From NCBI RefSeq assembly GCF_055900595.2, contig NZ_CM148325.1: DNA of 64,000 bases. The stretch is one strand, 5' to 3'. The position numbers and the translations under genes are program-made. Shown one piece after another: positions 33,623 to 45,635 of the stretch (the first letter of the stretch is position 1; each line of letters begins with the position of its first letter). The notes under the pieces were generated by a model that was given only the letters and a program-made list of their open reading frames with translations, did not search any database and was not told where the DNA came from.

Positions 33623-34210
33623 TTATTCGCTAACTTCGCGTCTTGCACTCTTCGGTCTGAATGCTGCAACTACTTCCGGTGCCGTTTCAACGTATGGCCC
33701 TTCCAGCAATTGAATGCAGTACGGTACGCTGGCAAAAATACCGTGTACCACAACGTTACCCTCAGCATCCTTCACCCCTTCCAGCGTCTCTTTAATAGAC
33801 TTCGGCTGACCGGGTAAGTTAAGGATTAGTGCTTGTTTGCGAATCACGCCCACCTGGCGCGAAAGGATCGCGGTTGGAACAAAATGCAGGCTAATTTGGC
33901 GCATCTGTTCACCAAAGCCTGGCATCTCGCGGTCCGCTACTGCCAGCGTCGCATCGGGTGTGACGTCACGACGCGCCGGGCCAGTTCCGCCCGTGGTGAG
34001 CACCAGATGGCAACTCATTTCATCCACCAGCTCACACAACGTTTGCTCGATGATCGCCTGCTCGTCGGGGATTAAGCGGGTTTCCAGTTCAAACGGCGTG
34101 GTTAGCGCCGATGTCAGCCATTCTTCCAGCGCTGGGATGCCTTTATCCTGATAAACGCCGCTGGATGCGCGATCAGAGATGGAAACTAAGCCAATACGTA
34201 AAGTATTCAT
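33623..34210 (-). CDS. mog: Molybdopterin adenylyltransferase Mog
   Basis: 195-aa ORF MNTLRIGLVSISDRASSGVYQDKGIPALEEWL... recognised as Mog. Confidence 0.95.
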   Translation of the reverse strand: MNTLRIGLVSISDRASSGVYQDKGIPALEEWLTSALTTPFELETRLIPDEQAIIEQTLCELVDEMSCHLVLTTGGTGPARRDVTPDATLAVADREMPGFGEQMRQISLHFVPTAILSRQVGVIRKQALILNLPGQPKSIKETLEGVKDAEGNVVVHGIFASVPYCIQLLEGPYVETAPEVVAAFRPKSARREVSE

Positions 34211-34324
34211 TAAGATTTTTCCGTTTAAACAGTCTCGTTAAACAGAATGATACACTGCGAAGGGAGTGACAGACAGGCTTCAGAAGAGGTAGCGTGACCG
34301 ACTTCCCGGTCACGCTAAGAATGA

Positions 34325-35278
34325 TTACAGCAGATCGCCGATCATTTTTTCCAGTTTTTCCTGGTCAACAGCAAACTTACGGATACCTTCTGCCAGTTTA
34401 TCTACTGCCATTGGATCCTGGTTGTGCTGCCACAGGAACTCGGACTCAGTGATACGCGCCGGACGCGCTTTCACTTCGCCGGTGTAAGACAGTTTACGCT
34501 CGACAGCCCCTTCGCTCTCAGCCAGCTCTTTCAGCAGTGCCGGTGCGATGGTCAGACGGTCGCAGCCTGCCAGTTCCAGAATTTCGCCGATGTTACGGAA
34601 GCTTGCGCCCATCACCACGGTTTCATAACCGTGCTCTTTGTAGTACTGGTAGATTTCAGATACAGAAACCACGCCCGGATCTTCTGCCGGAGCGTACTCT
34701 TTCTTATCAGTATTCGCTTTGTACCAGTCAAGAATACGGCCAACAAATGGCGAGATCAGGAACACGCCTGCTTCCGCACAAGCACGAGCCTGAGCGAAGG
34801 AGAACAGCAGGGTCAGGTTACAGTTGATACCTTCTTTTTCCAGCTGTTCTGCAGCACGGATACCCTGCCAGGTAGAAGCCAGTTTGATCAGAATACGATC
34901 GTTGCTAATACCTGCATCGTTGTAGAGTTTGATCAGGCGTTTTGCTTTCGCAATTGACGCTTCGGTGTCATAGGAAAGACGCGCATCAACTTCAGTTGAG
35001 ATACGGCCCGGAACCAGTTTCAGGATTTCCAGACCAATATTTACTGCCAGTTTGTCGGTCGCGTCCACGATTTGCTGCGCGCGATCGTTGCTCTGCTGTT
35101 TCGCCCAGGCGACAGCATCATCAATCAACTTACGATATTCCGGAATCTGCGCTGCGTTAAGAATGAGAGAAGGGTTGGTTGTGGCATCCTGCGGTTGATA
35201 CAGCTTCATTGCCGCGATGTCCCCAGTGTCGGCCACTACGGTGGTGTACTGACGAAGGGAGGTCAATTTGTCCGTCAT
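34325..35278 (-). CDS. talB: Transaldolase B
   Basis: ORF contains [44 protein letters not shown]...; start trimmed to MTDKL. Confidence 0.96.
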   Translation of the reverse strand: MTDKLTSLRQYTTVVADTGDIAAMKLYQPQDATTNPSLILNAAQIPEYRKLIDDAVAWAKQQSNDRAQQIVDATDKLAVNIGLEILKLVPGRISTEVDARLSYDTEASIAKAKRLIKLYNDAGISNDRILIKLASTWQGIRAAEQLEKEGINCNLTLLFSFAQARACAEAGVFLISPFVGRILDWYKANTDKKEYAPAEDPGVVSVSEIYQYYKEHGYETVVMGASFRNIGEILELAGCDRLTIAPALLKELAESEGAVERKLSYTGEVKARPARITESEFLWQHNQDPMAVDKLAEGIRKFAVDQEKLEKMIGDLL

Positions 35279-35556
35279 GATAGTATTTCTCTTTAAACAG
35301 CTTGTTAGGGGGATGTAACCGGTCTGCCCTGATGATATCACGACGCAACGTCAGCGCAACCGCCGACAAGACGGTTATCGCCTGGCGAGACTGTTTCGGA
35401 TTTCTGACACTGCGTTGATATCGCCCGCCATTTTTATACAAAACCTCATGTATGCTACGCAGAAGTTATCAACTACCTCGTAGCGTATATACTTCTTAAA
35501 CAATTGGTAACGTTTACACAGGAAAGTCATCGCGACCGGCAATAAGAGGGATATGC

Positions 35557-36987
35557 ATGCCAGATTTTTTCTCCTTTATTAACAGCGTCCTTTGGGGATC
35601 GGTAATGATTTACCTGCTCTTCGGCGCAGGTTGTTGGTTCACTTTTCGCACCGGATTTGTGCAGTTTCGCTACATCCGCCAGTTTGGCAAAAGTCTTAAA
35701 AATAGCATTCATCCACAGCCAGGCGGTTTAACCTCATTTCAGTCATTGTGTACCAGTCTTGCGGCGCGCGTGGGTAGCGGCAACCTGGCTGGCGTTGCGC
35801 TGGCTATTACCGCCGGTGGACCAGGTGCCGTCTTCTGGATGTGGGTTGCCGCGTTTATCGGCATGGCGACCTCGTTTGCCGAATGTTCCCTTGCACAACT
35901 TTATAAAGAACGTGACGTTAATGGGCAGTTTCGTGGCGGACCGGCATGGTATATGGCGCGCGGGCTGGGGATGCGCTGGATGGGCGTTCTGTTCGCCCTC
36001 TTTTTGCTCATCGCCTACGGCATAATTTTCAGCGGAGTTCAGGCGAACGCCGTTGCCCGAGCCCTGAGTTTTTCTTTTGATTTTCCCCCGCTGGTGACAG
36101 GCATTATTCTTGCTGTCTTTGCTCTGCTGGCAATCACTCGCGGTCTTCATGGCGTCGCCCGGCTCATGCAGGGGTTTGTCCCGTTGATGGCGATAATCTG
36201 GGTACTGACCAGCCTGGTAATTTGCGTAATGAATATCGGGCAACTTCCCCACGTCATTTGGTCTATTTTTGAGAGTGCTTTTGGCTGGCAGGAAGCGGCA
36301 GGCGGCGCGGCGGGATATACCTTAAGCCAGGCGATTACTAACGGTTTTCAGCGCAGTATGTTTTCCAATGAGGCGGGAATGGGGTCGACGCCAAACGCGG
36401 CAGCGGCAGCTGCGTCCTGGCCTCCGCATCCCGCAGCGCAAGGGATTGTCCAGATGATTGGCATTTTTATCGACACCCTGGTCATCTGTACGGCAAGCGC
36501 CATGCTGATATTACTGGCGGGTAACGGCACAACCTACATGCCACTGGAAGGTATTCAGCTTATCCAGAAGGCGATGCGGGTGCTAATGGGTTCCTGGGGT
36601 GCGGAGTTTGTTACCCTCGTGGTTATTCTGTTTGCCTTCAGCTCCATCGTTGCCAACTACATTTATGCCGAAAACAATCTCTTCTTCTTACGCCTGAACA
36701 ACCCTAAAGCGATCTGGTGTCTGCGAATCTGCACCTTCGCAACGGTCATCGGCGGCACCTTGCTAAGTCTTCCGCTGATGTGGCAACTGGCAGATATCAT
36801 AATGGCCTGCATGGCTATTACCAATTTGACCGCCATATTACTGCTCTCGCCTGTGGTTCATACCATTGCCAGTGATTATCTACGCCAGCGTAAACTCGGC
36901 GTGCGCCCGGTGTTTGATCCGTTGCGTTATCCGGATATTGGTCGCCAGCTTTCTCCGGACGCGTGGGATGATGTTTCGCAGGAGTAA
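35557..36987 (+). CDS. yaaJ: Alanine/sodium symporter family transporter YaaJ
   Basis: 476-aa polytopic membrane ORF recognised as YaaJ. Confidence 0.92.
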   Translation: MPDFFSFINSVLWGSVMIYLLFGAGCWFTFRTGFVQFRYIRQFGKSLKNSIHPQPGGLTSFQSLCTSLAARVGSGNLAGVALAITAGGPGAVFWMWVAAFIGMATSFAECSLAQLYKERDVNGQFRGGPAWYMARGLGMRWMGVLFALFLLIAYGIIFSGVQANAVARALSFSFDFPPLVTGIILAVFALLAITRGLHGVARLMQGFVPLMAIIWVLTSLVICVMNIGQLPHVIWSIFESAFGWQEAAGGAAGYTLSQAITNGFQRSMFSNEAGMGSTPNAAAAAASWPPHPAAQGIVQMIGIFIDTLVICTASAMLILLAGNGTTYMPLEGIQLIQKAMRVLMGSWGAEFVTLVVILFAFSSIVANYIYAENNLFFLRLNNPKAIWCLRICTFATVIGGTLLSLPLMWQLADIIMACMAITNLTAILLLSPVVHTIASDYLRQRKLGVRPVFDPLRYPDIGRQLSPDAWDDVSQE

Positions 36988-37056
36988 TCACAACTATCGA
37001 TCAACTCATTCTCTTTTTTTGCTAAAGTCGGCATAAATTTCCTGCAAGGACTGGAT

Positions 37057-37833
37057 ATGCTGATTCTTATTTCACCTGCGAAAACGCTCGATTACCAAAG
37101 CCCGTTGCCCACCACGCGCTATACGCTGCCGGAGCTGTTAGACAATTCCCAGCAGTTGATCCATGAAGCGCGGAAACTGACGCCTCCGCAGATTAGCACG
37201 CTGATGCGCATCAGCGACAAACTGGCGGGTATCAACGCCGCTCGCTTTCATGACTGGCAGCCAGATTTCACGCCAGAGAATGCCCGACAAGCGATTCTGG
37301 CATTTAAAGGTGATGTCTATACTGGCTTGCAGGCCGAAACCTTCAGCGAAGATGATTTCGATTTTGCCCAACAGCATTTGCGAATGCTTTCCGGCTTGTA
37401 TGGCGTACTGCGCCCGCTCGATTTAATGCAGCCTTATCGTCTGGAAATGGGGATCCGTCTTGAGAATGCCCGAGGGAAAGATCTGTATCAATTCTGGGGA
37501 GATATCATCACCAACAAGCTGAACGAGGCGCTCGCAGCACAAGGCGATAATGTGGTGATTAATCTGGCGTCAGATGAGTATTTTAAATCGGTGAAGCCGA
37601 AGAAATTGAATGCCGAGATTATCAAGCCAGTGTTCCTCGATGAGAAGAACGGCAAATTTAAGATCATCAGCTTCTACGCTAAGAAAGCACGCGGTCTGAT
37701 GAGTCGTTTCATTATTGAAAATCGGCTGACCAAACCAGAGCAACTGACTGGTTTTAATAGCGAAGGTTACTTCTTTGATGAAGCTTCCTCCAGCAACGGC
37801 GAACTGGTGTTTAAACGCTACGAGCAGCGTTAA
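37057..37833 (+). CDS. yaaA: Peroxide stress protein YaaA
   Basis: 258-aa [44 protein letters not shown]... recognised as YaaA. Confidence 0.93.
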   Translation: MLILISPAKTLDYQSPLPTTRYTLPELLDNSQQLIHEARKLTPPQISTLMRISDKLAGINAARFHDWQPDFTPENARQAILAFKGDVYTGLQAETFSEDDFDFAQQHLRMLSGLYGVLRPLDLMQPYRLEMGIRLENARGKDLYQFWGDIITNKLNEALAAQGDNVVINLASDEYFKSVKPKKLNAEIIKPVFLDEKNGKFKIISFYAKKARGLMSRFIIENRLTKPEQLTGFNSEGYFFDEASSSNGELVFKRYEQR

Positions 37834-37845
37834 GTTTGCAGTAAA

Positions 37846-37966
37846 TGCCGGATGCGGCGTGAACGCCTTATCCGGCCTACAAAAGCATGCAGATTCAATA
37901 TATTGCAGAATTAACGTAGGCCTGATAAGACGCGCCAGCGTCGCATCAGGCGCTGAATGCCGGATT
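37846..37966. repeat. REP/BIME cluster (at least two REP units)
   Basis: gccggatgcggcgtgaacgccttatccggcctac ... gtaggcctgataagacgcgccagcgtcgcatcaggcgctgaatgccggat between yaaA and yaaX. Confidence 0.65.
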
Positions 37967-37985
37967 GTTACCCAGCATTTGTCAT

Positions 37986-38282
37986 TTAGCGGTGATGTTT
38001 GCCTGGACCATGACCGCCGTGATGATCATGAGGAGCTTTCTTATGGTGGCGCGGCGGTGGCGGCGGTCCGTGTGGGTGCCAGCGATTGCCTCGCCATTCA
38101 TAATGTTGTTTCCACCAGCCGTGGTCGCGCCAGTGACCGCCATCCCAGTAATAGCCACGATTATCACGATCGCCTATCTGTAATTTTACTGACGGGACTA
38201 ACGTAATTTCCGCAGCCTGTGCTGCCATGGGAGCGACCAGAACCAGGGAAAGTGCGAGTACGATAGATTGCATCTTTTTCAC
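37986..38282 (-). CDS. yaaX: His/Pro/Gly-rich secreted protein YaaX
   Basis: 98-aa [60 protein letters not shown]... recognised as YaaX. Confidence 0.85.
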   Translation of the reverse strand: MKKMQSIVLALSLVLVAPMAAQAAEITLVPSVKLQIGDRDNRGYYWDGGHWRDHGWWKQHYEWRGNRWHPHGPPPPPRHHKKAPHDHHGGHGPGKHHR

Positions 38283-38495
38283 AGGTTACTCCTTTTATCA
38301 TTGCCCGTTATGGGTCGATATCCGGAGATTACGCGATGAGAACGGCGGTTGTTATTCTCCGCAATCCTAATCTCTAAGTTACCGCATTTATTGAGAATTT
38401 CTCCTTTTTTCCTGTCGTTTTTCTCCATATTTTCTTCATAAAAAAGCCGGGCTGTATAAAAGCAAACCCGGCCTGATTGAGATAATGAATAGATG

Positions 38496-39782
38496 TTACT
38501 GATGATTCATCATCAATTTACGCAACGCAGCAAAATCGGCGGGCAGATTATGCGAAAGCAAGGGTAAATCAGCACGTTCTGCCAGCTCTTTTGGCAGATC
38601 CAATGTTTCACCGAGAATCGCTTCCACGCTCTCTTTAAATTTCGCCGGATGCGCGGTGCCGAGGAACAAGCCATATTCGCCTGGATGCAACTGGTCACGC
38701 AGCGCACGATAAGCTACGGCAGCGTGCGGCTCCGAGGTATAGCCCAGTTCTTTTAACTCACGCATTGTCTGTTGCGTGGTTTCATCATCTACGGCTGCAT
38801 AACCCAGCTCTTTCAGTTGCCAGATTTTGCGGCGGAATAACTCCTCCACACGCGGCCAGTTGTTCGGCTGACTCACGTCCATCGCATTGGATAATGTCGC
38901 CTGAGTCGCTTTAGGGGACCACTGCCCGTCGTGCAGGAAACGCGGCACGGTATCGTTCACGTTAGTGGCAGCGATAAAACGCTTCACCGGCAGGCCAAGA
39001 GATTTCGCCAGCAGGCCCGCAGTCAAATCGCCGAAGTTACCGCTCGGCACCGAGACAACCAGCTGGTTGCGCGCTTCCTGCGGCAGCTGCGCAACAGCTT
39101 CAAAGTAGTAGCAAATCTGCGCCAGCAAACGGCTGATGTTAATGGAGTTAGCAGAGTTTAGCCCCAGCGCCACTTTCAGTTCTTCATCATCAAACGCCTG
39201 CTTCACCAGCGCCTGACAGGCATCGAAATCGCCGTCGATGGCAACAGTTTCAATATTGCCGCCCAATGTACAGAACAGTTTTTCTTGCAGTGGACTGATT
39301 TTGCCTCGTGGATAGAGGATAACCACTTTCACATTCGGCAAACCGTAGAAAGCATGAGCCACTGCCGCTCCGGTATCACCGGAGGTCGCAGTCAGAATGG
39401 TCACTGGCTTATCGCCCGCAATATGGGTCAGCATTTGTGCCATAAAGCGACCGCCGAAATCTTTAAATGCCAGCGTTGGCCCGTGAAACAACTCCAGACA
39501 ACCGACATCGCTTTCAACATTGGCGACCGGAGCCGGGAAGGCAAACGCCGCGCATACGCGCTCTTCCAGGATTTCCTGCGGGATTTCATCACCAATAAAC
39601 GCCGAGAGGATCTTCGCACTGCGGGTGACAAAATCCAGCTTCAGCATCTCATCAATTTCAGTCAGGCTGAATTCCGGCAGGTCGTGCGGGAAAAACAGCC
39701 CCTGATTTTTGCCCAACCCCTGAGTTACGGCTTGCGCAAAGCTGACCTGTTCGTTGTGATCTTTCAGATTGTAGAGTTTCAT
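38496..39782 (-). CDS. thrC: Threonine synthase
   Basis: 428-aa ORF MKLYNLKDHNEQVSFAQAVTQGLGKNQGLFFPHDLPEF... recognised as ThrC. Confidence 0.97.
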   Translation of the reverse strand: MKLYNLKDHNEQVSFAQAVTQGLGKNQGLFFPHDLPEFSLTEIDEMLKLDFVTRSAKILSAFIGDEIPQEILEERVCAAFAFPAPVANVESDVGCLELFHGPTLAFKDFGGRFMAQMLTHIAGDKPVTILTATSGDTGAAVAHAFYGLPNVKVVILYPRGKISPLQEKLFCTLGGNIETVAIDGDFDACQALVKQAFDDEELKVALGLNSANSINISRLLAQICYYFEAVAQLPQEARNQLVVSVPSGNFGDLTAGLLAKSLGLPVKRFIAATNVNDTVPRFLHDGQWSPKATQATLSNAMDVSQPNNWPRVEELFRRKIWQLKELGYAAVDDETTQQTMRELKELGYTSEPHAAVAYRALRDQLHPGEYGLFLGTAHPAKFKESVEAILGETLDLPKELAERADLPLLSHNLPADFAALRKLMMNHQ

Positions 39783-40715
39783 TTAGTTTTCCAGTACTCG
39801 TGCGCCCGCCGTATCCAGCCGGCAAATATGAACAAAACCTTCCTGATTTTGCAGGTAGTTCTTACCCAACCAGTCGGCAACGCGCTGGACGGTATCCGGC
39901 TTGTCACACAGAGCGAACAAGGTCGGCCCGGATCCGGAGATACCGCTCGCTACCGCGCCGATTTCCGCGACCGCCTGCCGCGCCTGCTTGAAGCCAGGCA
40001 GTAAACGTTCACGGTAAGGTTCAGCGATAACATCTTTCATCAACTTCGCGGCAAGCTCAGGTTGACGGGAATAGCAGGCGTGAATGAAGCCTGCCAGATG
40101 TCGCCCGTGCGCAATGCAATCCTGGCGGCGATACTGTGCCGGTAAAATCGCCCGGGCTTCTGCCGTCGAGACTTTAATCCCCGGATATGCCAGCACCCAC
40201 AGCCACTCATCAAACCCCGGCACTTGCTGGCTGATGATGTCGTTTTCTTCGATCATCAACTGCATACCACCAAGAAAACACGGTGCCACGTTGTCGTAAT
40301 GAATGCTGCCGGAGATACGCCCTTCCAGCTCGCCCATCAAAGCCAGCAAACGAGTGTCATTAAGCGGCTTGCCGCAGTGTTCATTCATCGCCATCAGCGC
40401 CGCGACCACCGAACAGGCACTGGAGCCTAAGCCCGAGCCGATCGGCATATTCTTTTCCAGCGTCATTGCCACTGGAATTTGCTTGCCCAGCTCCTGGCAA
40501 AAACGCTCCCAGCACTGATAAACGATATTTTCCCGTGGTTCTGACGGCAGCTTATCGGCAAAGCGTCCAAGGTTGTTGAGACTGAATGTCTCTGCCGCCT
40601 CAACCGTGACTACATCTCCGAGCAATGCACCATCAACGGGTGTCACCGCCGCCCCGAGCACATCAAACCCGACGCTCATATTGGCACTGGAAGCCGGGGC
40701 ATAAACTTTAACCAT
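39783..40715 (-). CDS. thrB: Homoserine kinase
   Basis: 310-aa [37 protein letters not shown]... recognised as ThrB. Confidence 0.97.
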   Translation of the reverse strand: MVKVYAPASSANMSVGFDVLGAAVTPVDGALLGDVVTVEAAETFSLNNLGRFADKLPSEPRENIVYQCWERFCQELGKQIPVAMTLEKNMPIGSGLGSSACSVVAALMAMNEHCGKPLNDTRLLALMGELEGRISGSIHYDNVAPCFLGGMQLMIEENDIISQQVPGFDEWLWVLAYPGIKVSTAEARAILPAQYRRQDCIAHGRHLAGFIHACYSRQPELAAKLMKDVIAEPYRERLLPGFKQARQAVAEIGAVASGISGSGPTLFALCDKPDTVQRVADWLGKNYLQNQEGFVHICRLDTAGARVLEN

Positions 40716-40716
40716 G

Positions 40717-43179
40717 TCAGACTCCTAACTTCCATGAGAGGGTACGTAGCAGATCGGCAAAGACACCAGCAGCTGTAACGTCATTGCCCGCGCCATATCC
40801 GCGCAGAACCAACGGCAGCGGCTGATAATAGTGGCTATAGAAGGCCAGGGCGTTTTCGCCATTTTTCACTTTGAACAGCGGATCATTGCCATCCACTTCG
40901 GCAATCTTCACGCGGCAGATGCCATCTTCATCAATATTGCCAACATAGCGCAAAACTTTGCCCTCATCACGAGCCTTCGCCACGCGTGCGGCAAAGAGAT
41001 CGTCGAGCTGTGACAGATTCGCCATAAAAGCTGCAACATCACCCTCTGCGTTAAACTCTGCGGGCAGCACAGGTTCAATTTCAATATCCGCCAGTTCCAG
41101 TTCACGTCCCGTTTCACGGGCGAGAATCAATAGCTTACGCGCCACATCCATACCAGAAAGATCATCTCGCGGGTCCGGTTCGGTATAACCCATTTCCCGC
41201 GCCAGCGTGGTCGCCTCGGAGAAACTCATGCCTTCGTCTAACTTGCCGAAGATATAAGAAAGCGAACCGGAAAGAATGCCGGAGAACTTCATTAATTCAT
41301 CACCTGCGTTGAGCAGATTTTGCAGGTTCTCAATAACCGGTAATCCAGCCCCAACGTTAGTGTCATAGAGGAATTTACGCCGCGATTTTTCCGCCGCATA
41401 ACGCAACTGATGGTAGTAATCCATCGACGAGGTGTTGGCCTTTTTGTTTGGCGTAACCACGTGGAAACCTTCGCGCAGGAAGTCAGCATACTGATCCGCC
41501 ACCGCCTGGCTGGAGGTACAGTCGACAATCACCGGATTCAGCAAATGATATTCTTTCACCAGGCGAATTAAGCGCCCGAGGTTAAACGGCTCTTTGGCTT
41601 GCGCCAGTTCTTCCTGCCAGTTCTCCAGATTAAGGCCATGCACATTGGTGAGCAGAGCCTTTGAGTTGGCAACGCCGCAGACACGTAAGTCGATATGTTT
41701 ATTCTTCAGCCAGCTTTGCTGGCGCTTCAGTTGCTCCAGCAGCGCACCGCCAACACCACCGACGCCAATCACAAACACTTCGATAACCTGATCGGTATTG
41801 AACAGCATCTGGTGGGTAACGCGCACGCCAGTGGTCGCATCATCGTTATTTACCACGACAGAGATTGAGCGTTCAGAAGATCCCTGAGCAATGGCGACAA
41901 TGTTGATATTGGCGCGGGCCAGCGCGGCAAAGAATTTCGCCGAGATCCCACGCAAGGTGCGCATACCATCACCTACCACCGAGATAATGGCTAGCCGTTC
42001 CGTCACCGCCAGCGGCTCCAGCAAGCCTTCCTTCAGTTCAAGATAGAACTCTTCCTGCATCGCCCGTTCAGCTCGCACACAGTCGCTTTGTGGAACGCAG
42101 AAACTGATACTGTATTCAGAAGACGATTGCGTAATCAGCACCACTGAAATGCGAGCGCGTGACATCGCTGCAAAGACGCGCGCCGCCATGCCGACCATCC
42201 CTTTCATTCCCGGACCGGAAACGCTAAACATTGCCATGTTATTCAGATTGGAAATGCCCTTGACTGGTAATTCGTCTTCATCACGGCTGGCGCCAATGAG
42301 CGTACCTGGTGCTTGAGGATTTCCGGTGTTTTTAATCAGGCAAGGGATTTGGAACTGGGCGATGGGGGTAATGGTGCGGGGGTGAAGAACTTTAGCGCCG
42401 AAGTAGGAAAGCTCCATCGCTTCCTGGTAGGACATCGACTTCAACAACCTCGCATCGGGCACCTGACGCGGGTCGCAGGTATAGACCCCGTCAACGTCCG
42501 TCCAGATCTCGCAACAATCGGCGCGTAAACAGGCAGCCAGTACCGCGGCGGAGTAGTCGGAACCGTTACGTCCAAGCACCACCAGTTCGCCTTTTTCATT
42601 ACCGGCGGTGAAACCTGCCATCAGCACCATGTGGTCAGCCGGAATGCGGCTTGCCGCAATACGGCGGGTGGACTCAGCAATATCGACGGTAGATTCGAGG
42701 TAATGACCGACTGCCAGCAGTTTTTCGACCGGATCGATTACGGTAACGTTGTGACCACGCGCTTCTAACACGCCGGCCATAATGGCGATCGACATTTTCT
42801 CGCCACGGCAAATCAGTGCCGCGTTGATGCTATCCGGGCACTGCCCTAACAAACTAATACCATGCAGGACATGTTTAATTTGGGCAAATTCCTGGTCGAC
42901 GAAAGTTTTCAGCTGCGCCAGCGGGAATCCCGGCTGAGCGGCGGCGAGTCCCGTCAGAAGTTCGGCAAAAATACGTTCGGCATCGCTGATATTGGGTAAA
43001 GCATCCTGGCCGCTAATGGTTTTTTCAATCATCGCCACCAGGTGGTTGGTGATTTTGGCGGGGGCAGAGAGGACGGTGGCCACCTGCCCCTGCCTGGCAT
43101 TGCTTTCCAGAATATCGGCAACCCGCAGAAAACGTTCTGCATTTGCCACTGATGTACCGCCGAACTTCAACACTCGCAT
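40717..43179 (-). CDS. thrA: Bifunctional aspartokinase I / homoserine dehydrogenase I
   Basis: ORF contains [48 protein letters not shown]...; start trimmed to MRVLKF (820 aa). Confidence 0.97.
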   Translation of the reverse strand: MRVLKFGGTSVANAERFLRVADILESNARQGQVATVLSAPAKITNHLVAMIEKTISGQDALPNISDAERIFAELLTGLAAAQPGFPLAQLKTFVDQEFAQIKHVLHGISLLGQCPDSINAALICRGEKMSIAIMAGVLEARGHNVTVIDPVEKLLAVGHYLESTVDIAESTRRIAASRIPADHMVLMAGFTAGNEKGELVVLGRNGSDYSAAVLAACLRADCCEIWTDVDGVYTCDPRQVPDARLLKSMSYQEAMELSYFGAKVLHPRTITPIAQFQIPCLIKNTGNPQAPGTLIGASRDEDELPVKGISNLNNMAMFSVSGPGMKGMVGMAARVFAAMSRARISVVLITQSSSEYSISFCVPQSDCVRAERAMQEEFYLELKEGLLEPLAVTERLAIISVVGDGMRTLRGISAKFFAALARANINIVAIAQGSSERSISVVVNNDDATTGVRVTHQMLFNTDQVIEVFVIGVGGVGGALLEQLKRQQSWLKNKHIDLRVCGVANSKALLTNVHGLNLENWQEELAQAKEPFNLGRLIRLVKEYHLLNPVIVDCTSSQAVADQYADFLREGFHVVTPNKKANTSSMDYYHQLRYAAEKSRRKFLYDTNVGAGLPVIENLQNLLNAGDELMKFSGILSGSLSYIFGKLDEGMSFSEATTLAREMGYTEPDPRDDLSGMDVARKLLILARETGRELELADIEIEPVLPAEFNAEGDVAAFMANLSQLDDLFAARVAKARDEGKVLRYVGNIDEDGICRVKIAEVDGNDPLFKVKNGENALAFYSHYYQPLPLVLRGYGAGNDVTAAGVFADLLRTLSWKLGV

Positions 43180-43205
43180 GGTTGTTACCTCGTTACCTTT
43201 GGTCG

Positions 43206-43242
43206 AAAAAAAAGCCCGCACTGTCAGGTGCGGGCTTTTTTC
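43206..43242 (-). terminator. thr operon attenuator (rho-independent terminator)
   Basis: Minus strand reads aagcccgcacctgacagtgcgggcttttttttcg immediately after thrL. Confidence 0.85.
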
Positions 43243-43259
43243 TGTGTTTCCTGTACGCG

Positions 43260-43328
<69 letters not shown>

Positions 43329-43538
43329 TGTTGTGTACTCTGTAATTTTTATCTGTCTGTGCGCTATGCCTATATTGGTTAAAGTATTTAGTGACCTAAG
43401 TCAATAAAATTTTAATTTACTCACGGCAGGTAACCAGTTCAGAAGCTGCTGTCAGAGACACTTTTTTTAATCCACACAGAGACATATTGCCCGTTGCAGT
43501 CAGAATGAAAAGCTGAAAAACACTTACTAAGGCGTTTT

Positions 43539-44225
43539 TTATTTGGTGATATTTTTTTCAATATCATGCAGCAAACGATGCAACATTGCCGTGTCTCGTT
43601 GCTCTAAAAGCCCCAGCCGTTGTTGTAACCAGTCGACCAGTTTTGTGTCATCTGCCACTGCCATGGTCGTCAGCAATGACATGGCTCGTTCGCGTAAAGC
43701 TTGCAGTTGATGTTGGTCTGCCGTTGTGTCACTTTTGGCCGGTTGTTGTATTAATGTTGCTAATTGATAGCAATAAACCATCACCGCCTGTCCCAGATTC
43801 AGCGAAGGATAATCTGCCACCATCGGGACACCAGTAAGAACGTCAGCCAAGGCTAACTCCTCGTTAGTCAGCCCGGAATCTTCGCGACCAAACACCAGCG
43901 CTGCATGGCTCATCCACGAGGATTTTTCCTCTAACAGCGGCACCAGTTCCACCGGCGTGGCGTAGTAATGATATTTCGCCCGACTGCGTGCAGTGGTGGC
44001 GACAGTGAAGTCGACATCGTGTAACGATTCAGCCAGAGTTGGGAAAACTTTAATATTATCAATAATATCACCAGATCCATGTGCAACCCAGCGGGTAGCT
44101 GGCTCCAGGTGTGCCTGACTATCGACAATTCGCAGCTCGCTAAACCCCATCGTTTTCATTGCCCGCGCCGCTGCCCCAATATTTTCTGCTCTGGCGGGTG
44201 CGACCAGAATAATCGTTATACGCAT
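43539..44225 (-). CDS. lasT: Putative tRNA/rRNA methyltransferase LasT (YjtD)
   Basis: 228-aa ORF MRITIILVAPARAENIGAAARAMKTMGFSELRIVDSQAH... SpoU-type methyltransferase, recognised as LasT. Confidence 0.9.
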   Translation of the reverse strand: MRITIILVAPARAENIGAAARAMKTMGFSELRIVDSQAHLEPATRWVAHGSGDIIDNIKVFPTLAESLHDVDFTVATTARSRAKYHYYATPVELVPLLEEKSSWMSHAALVFGREDSGLTNEELALADVLTGVPMVADYPSLNLGQAVMVYCYQLATLIQQPAKSDTTADQHQLQALRERAMSLLTTMAVADDTKLVDWLQQRLGLLEQRDTAMLHRLLHDIEKNITK

Positions 44226-44624
44226 ATTGACACTCTTCTTGACCTAATAACCGCGCACAGGGTGATCATTGTCAACTTATTACGCGGATCGAATTTACAA
44301 ACCCTTAACGTAAGTCGCAGAAAAAGCCCTTCACTTAACTTAAAAAAGGCTAAACTATTTCCTGACTATACTAATGGTTGAATTGTTAAAAAATGCTACA
44401 TATCCTTCTGTTTACTTAGGATAATTTTATAAAAAATAAATCTCGACAATTGGATTCACCACGTTTATTAGTTGTATGATGCAACTAGTTGGATTATTAA
44501 AATAATGTGACGAAAGCTAGCATTTAGATACGATGATTTCATCAAACTGTTAACGTGCTACAATTGAACTTGATATATGTCAACGAAGCGTAGTTTTATT
44601 GGGTGTCCGGCCCCTCTTAGCCTG

Positions 44625-44765
44625 TTATGTTGCTGTTAAAATGGTTAGGATGACAGCCGTTTTTGACACTGTCGGGTCCTGAGGGAAAGTACCCACGACC
44701 AAGCTAATGATGTTGTTGACGTTGATGGAAAGTGCATCAAGAACGCAATTACGTACTTTAGTCAT
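44625..44765 (-). CDS. yjjY: Small protein YjjY (46 aa)
   Basis: Minus-strand frame MTKVRNCVLDALSINVNNIISLVVGTFPQDPTVSKTAVILTILTAT between arcA and lasT, matching remembered YjjY; below the ORF-track length cutoff. Confidence 0.55.
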   Translation of the reverse strand: MTKVRNCVLDALSINVNNIISLVVGTFPQDPTVSKTAVILTILTAT

Positions 44766-44860
44766 GTTACGCCGATCATGTTAATTTGCAGCATGCATCA
44801 GGCAGGTCAGGGACTTTTGTACTTCCTGTTTCGATTTAGTTGGCAATTTAGGTAGCAAAC

Positions 44861-45577
44861 ATGCAGACCCCGCACATTCTTATCGTTGAAGACGAGTTGG
44901 TAACACGCAACACGTTGAAAAGTATTTTCGAAGCGGAAGGCTATGATGTTTTCGAAGCGACAGATGGCGCGGAAATGCATCAGATCCTCTCTGAATATGA
45001 CATCAACCTGGTGATCATGGATATCAATCTGCCGGGTAAGAACGGTCTTCTGTTAGCGCGTGAACTGCGCGAGCAGGCGAATGTTGCGTTGATGTTCCTG
45101 ACTGGCCGTGACAACGAAGTCGATAAAATTCTCGGCCTCGAAATCGGTGCAGATGACTACATCACCAAACCGTTCAACCCGCGTGAACTTACTATTCGTG
45201 CACGCAACCTGCTGTCCCGTACCATGAATCTTGGTACTGTCAGCGAAGAACGTCGTAGCGTTGAAAGCTACAAGTTCAATGGTTGGGAACTGGACATCAA
45301 CAGCCGTTCGCTGATCGGCCCTGATGGCGAGCAGTACAAGCTGCCGCGCAGTGAGTTCCGCGCCATGCTTCACTTCTGTGAAAACCCAGGCAAAATTCAG
45401 TCCCGTGCTGAACTGCTGAAGAAAATGACCGGCCGTGAGCTGAAACCACACGACCGTACTGTAGACGTGACGATCCGCCGTATTCGTAAACATTTCGAAT
45501 CTACGCCGGATACGCCGGAAATCATCGCCACCATTCACGGTGAAGGTTATCGCTTCTGCGGTGATCTGGAAGATTAA
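44861..45577 (+). CDS. arcA: Aerobic respiration control response regulator ArcA
   Basis: 238-aa [46 protein letters not shown]... recognised as ArcA. Confidence 0.97.
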
Positions 45578-45593
45578 TCGGCTTTACCACCGT

Positions 45594-45630
45594 CAAAAAA
45601 ACGGCGCTTTTTAGCGCCGTTTTTATTTTT
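45594..45630. terminator. Bidirectional rho-independent terminator between arcA and creD
   Basis: aaaaaaacggcgctttttagcgccgtttttattttt: hairpin flanked by A-run and T-run. Confidence 0.65.
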
Positions 45631-45635
45631 CAACC

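Noticed and set aside
37990-38170. Low-complexity His/Pro/Gly/Trp-rich repetitive sequence
   Set aside because: It is the coding sequence of the low-complexity protein YaaX, not a non-coding repeat.
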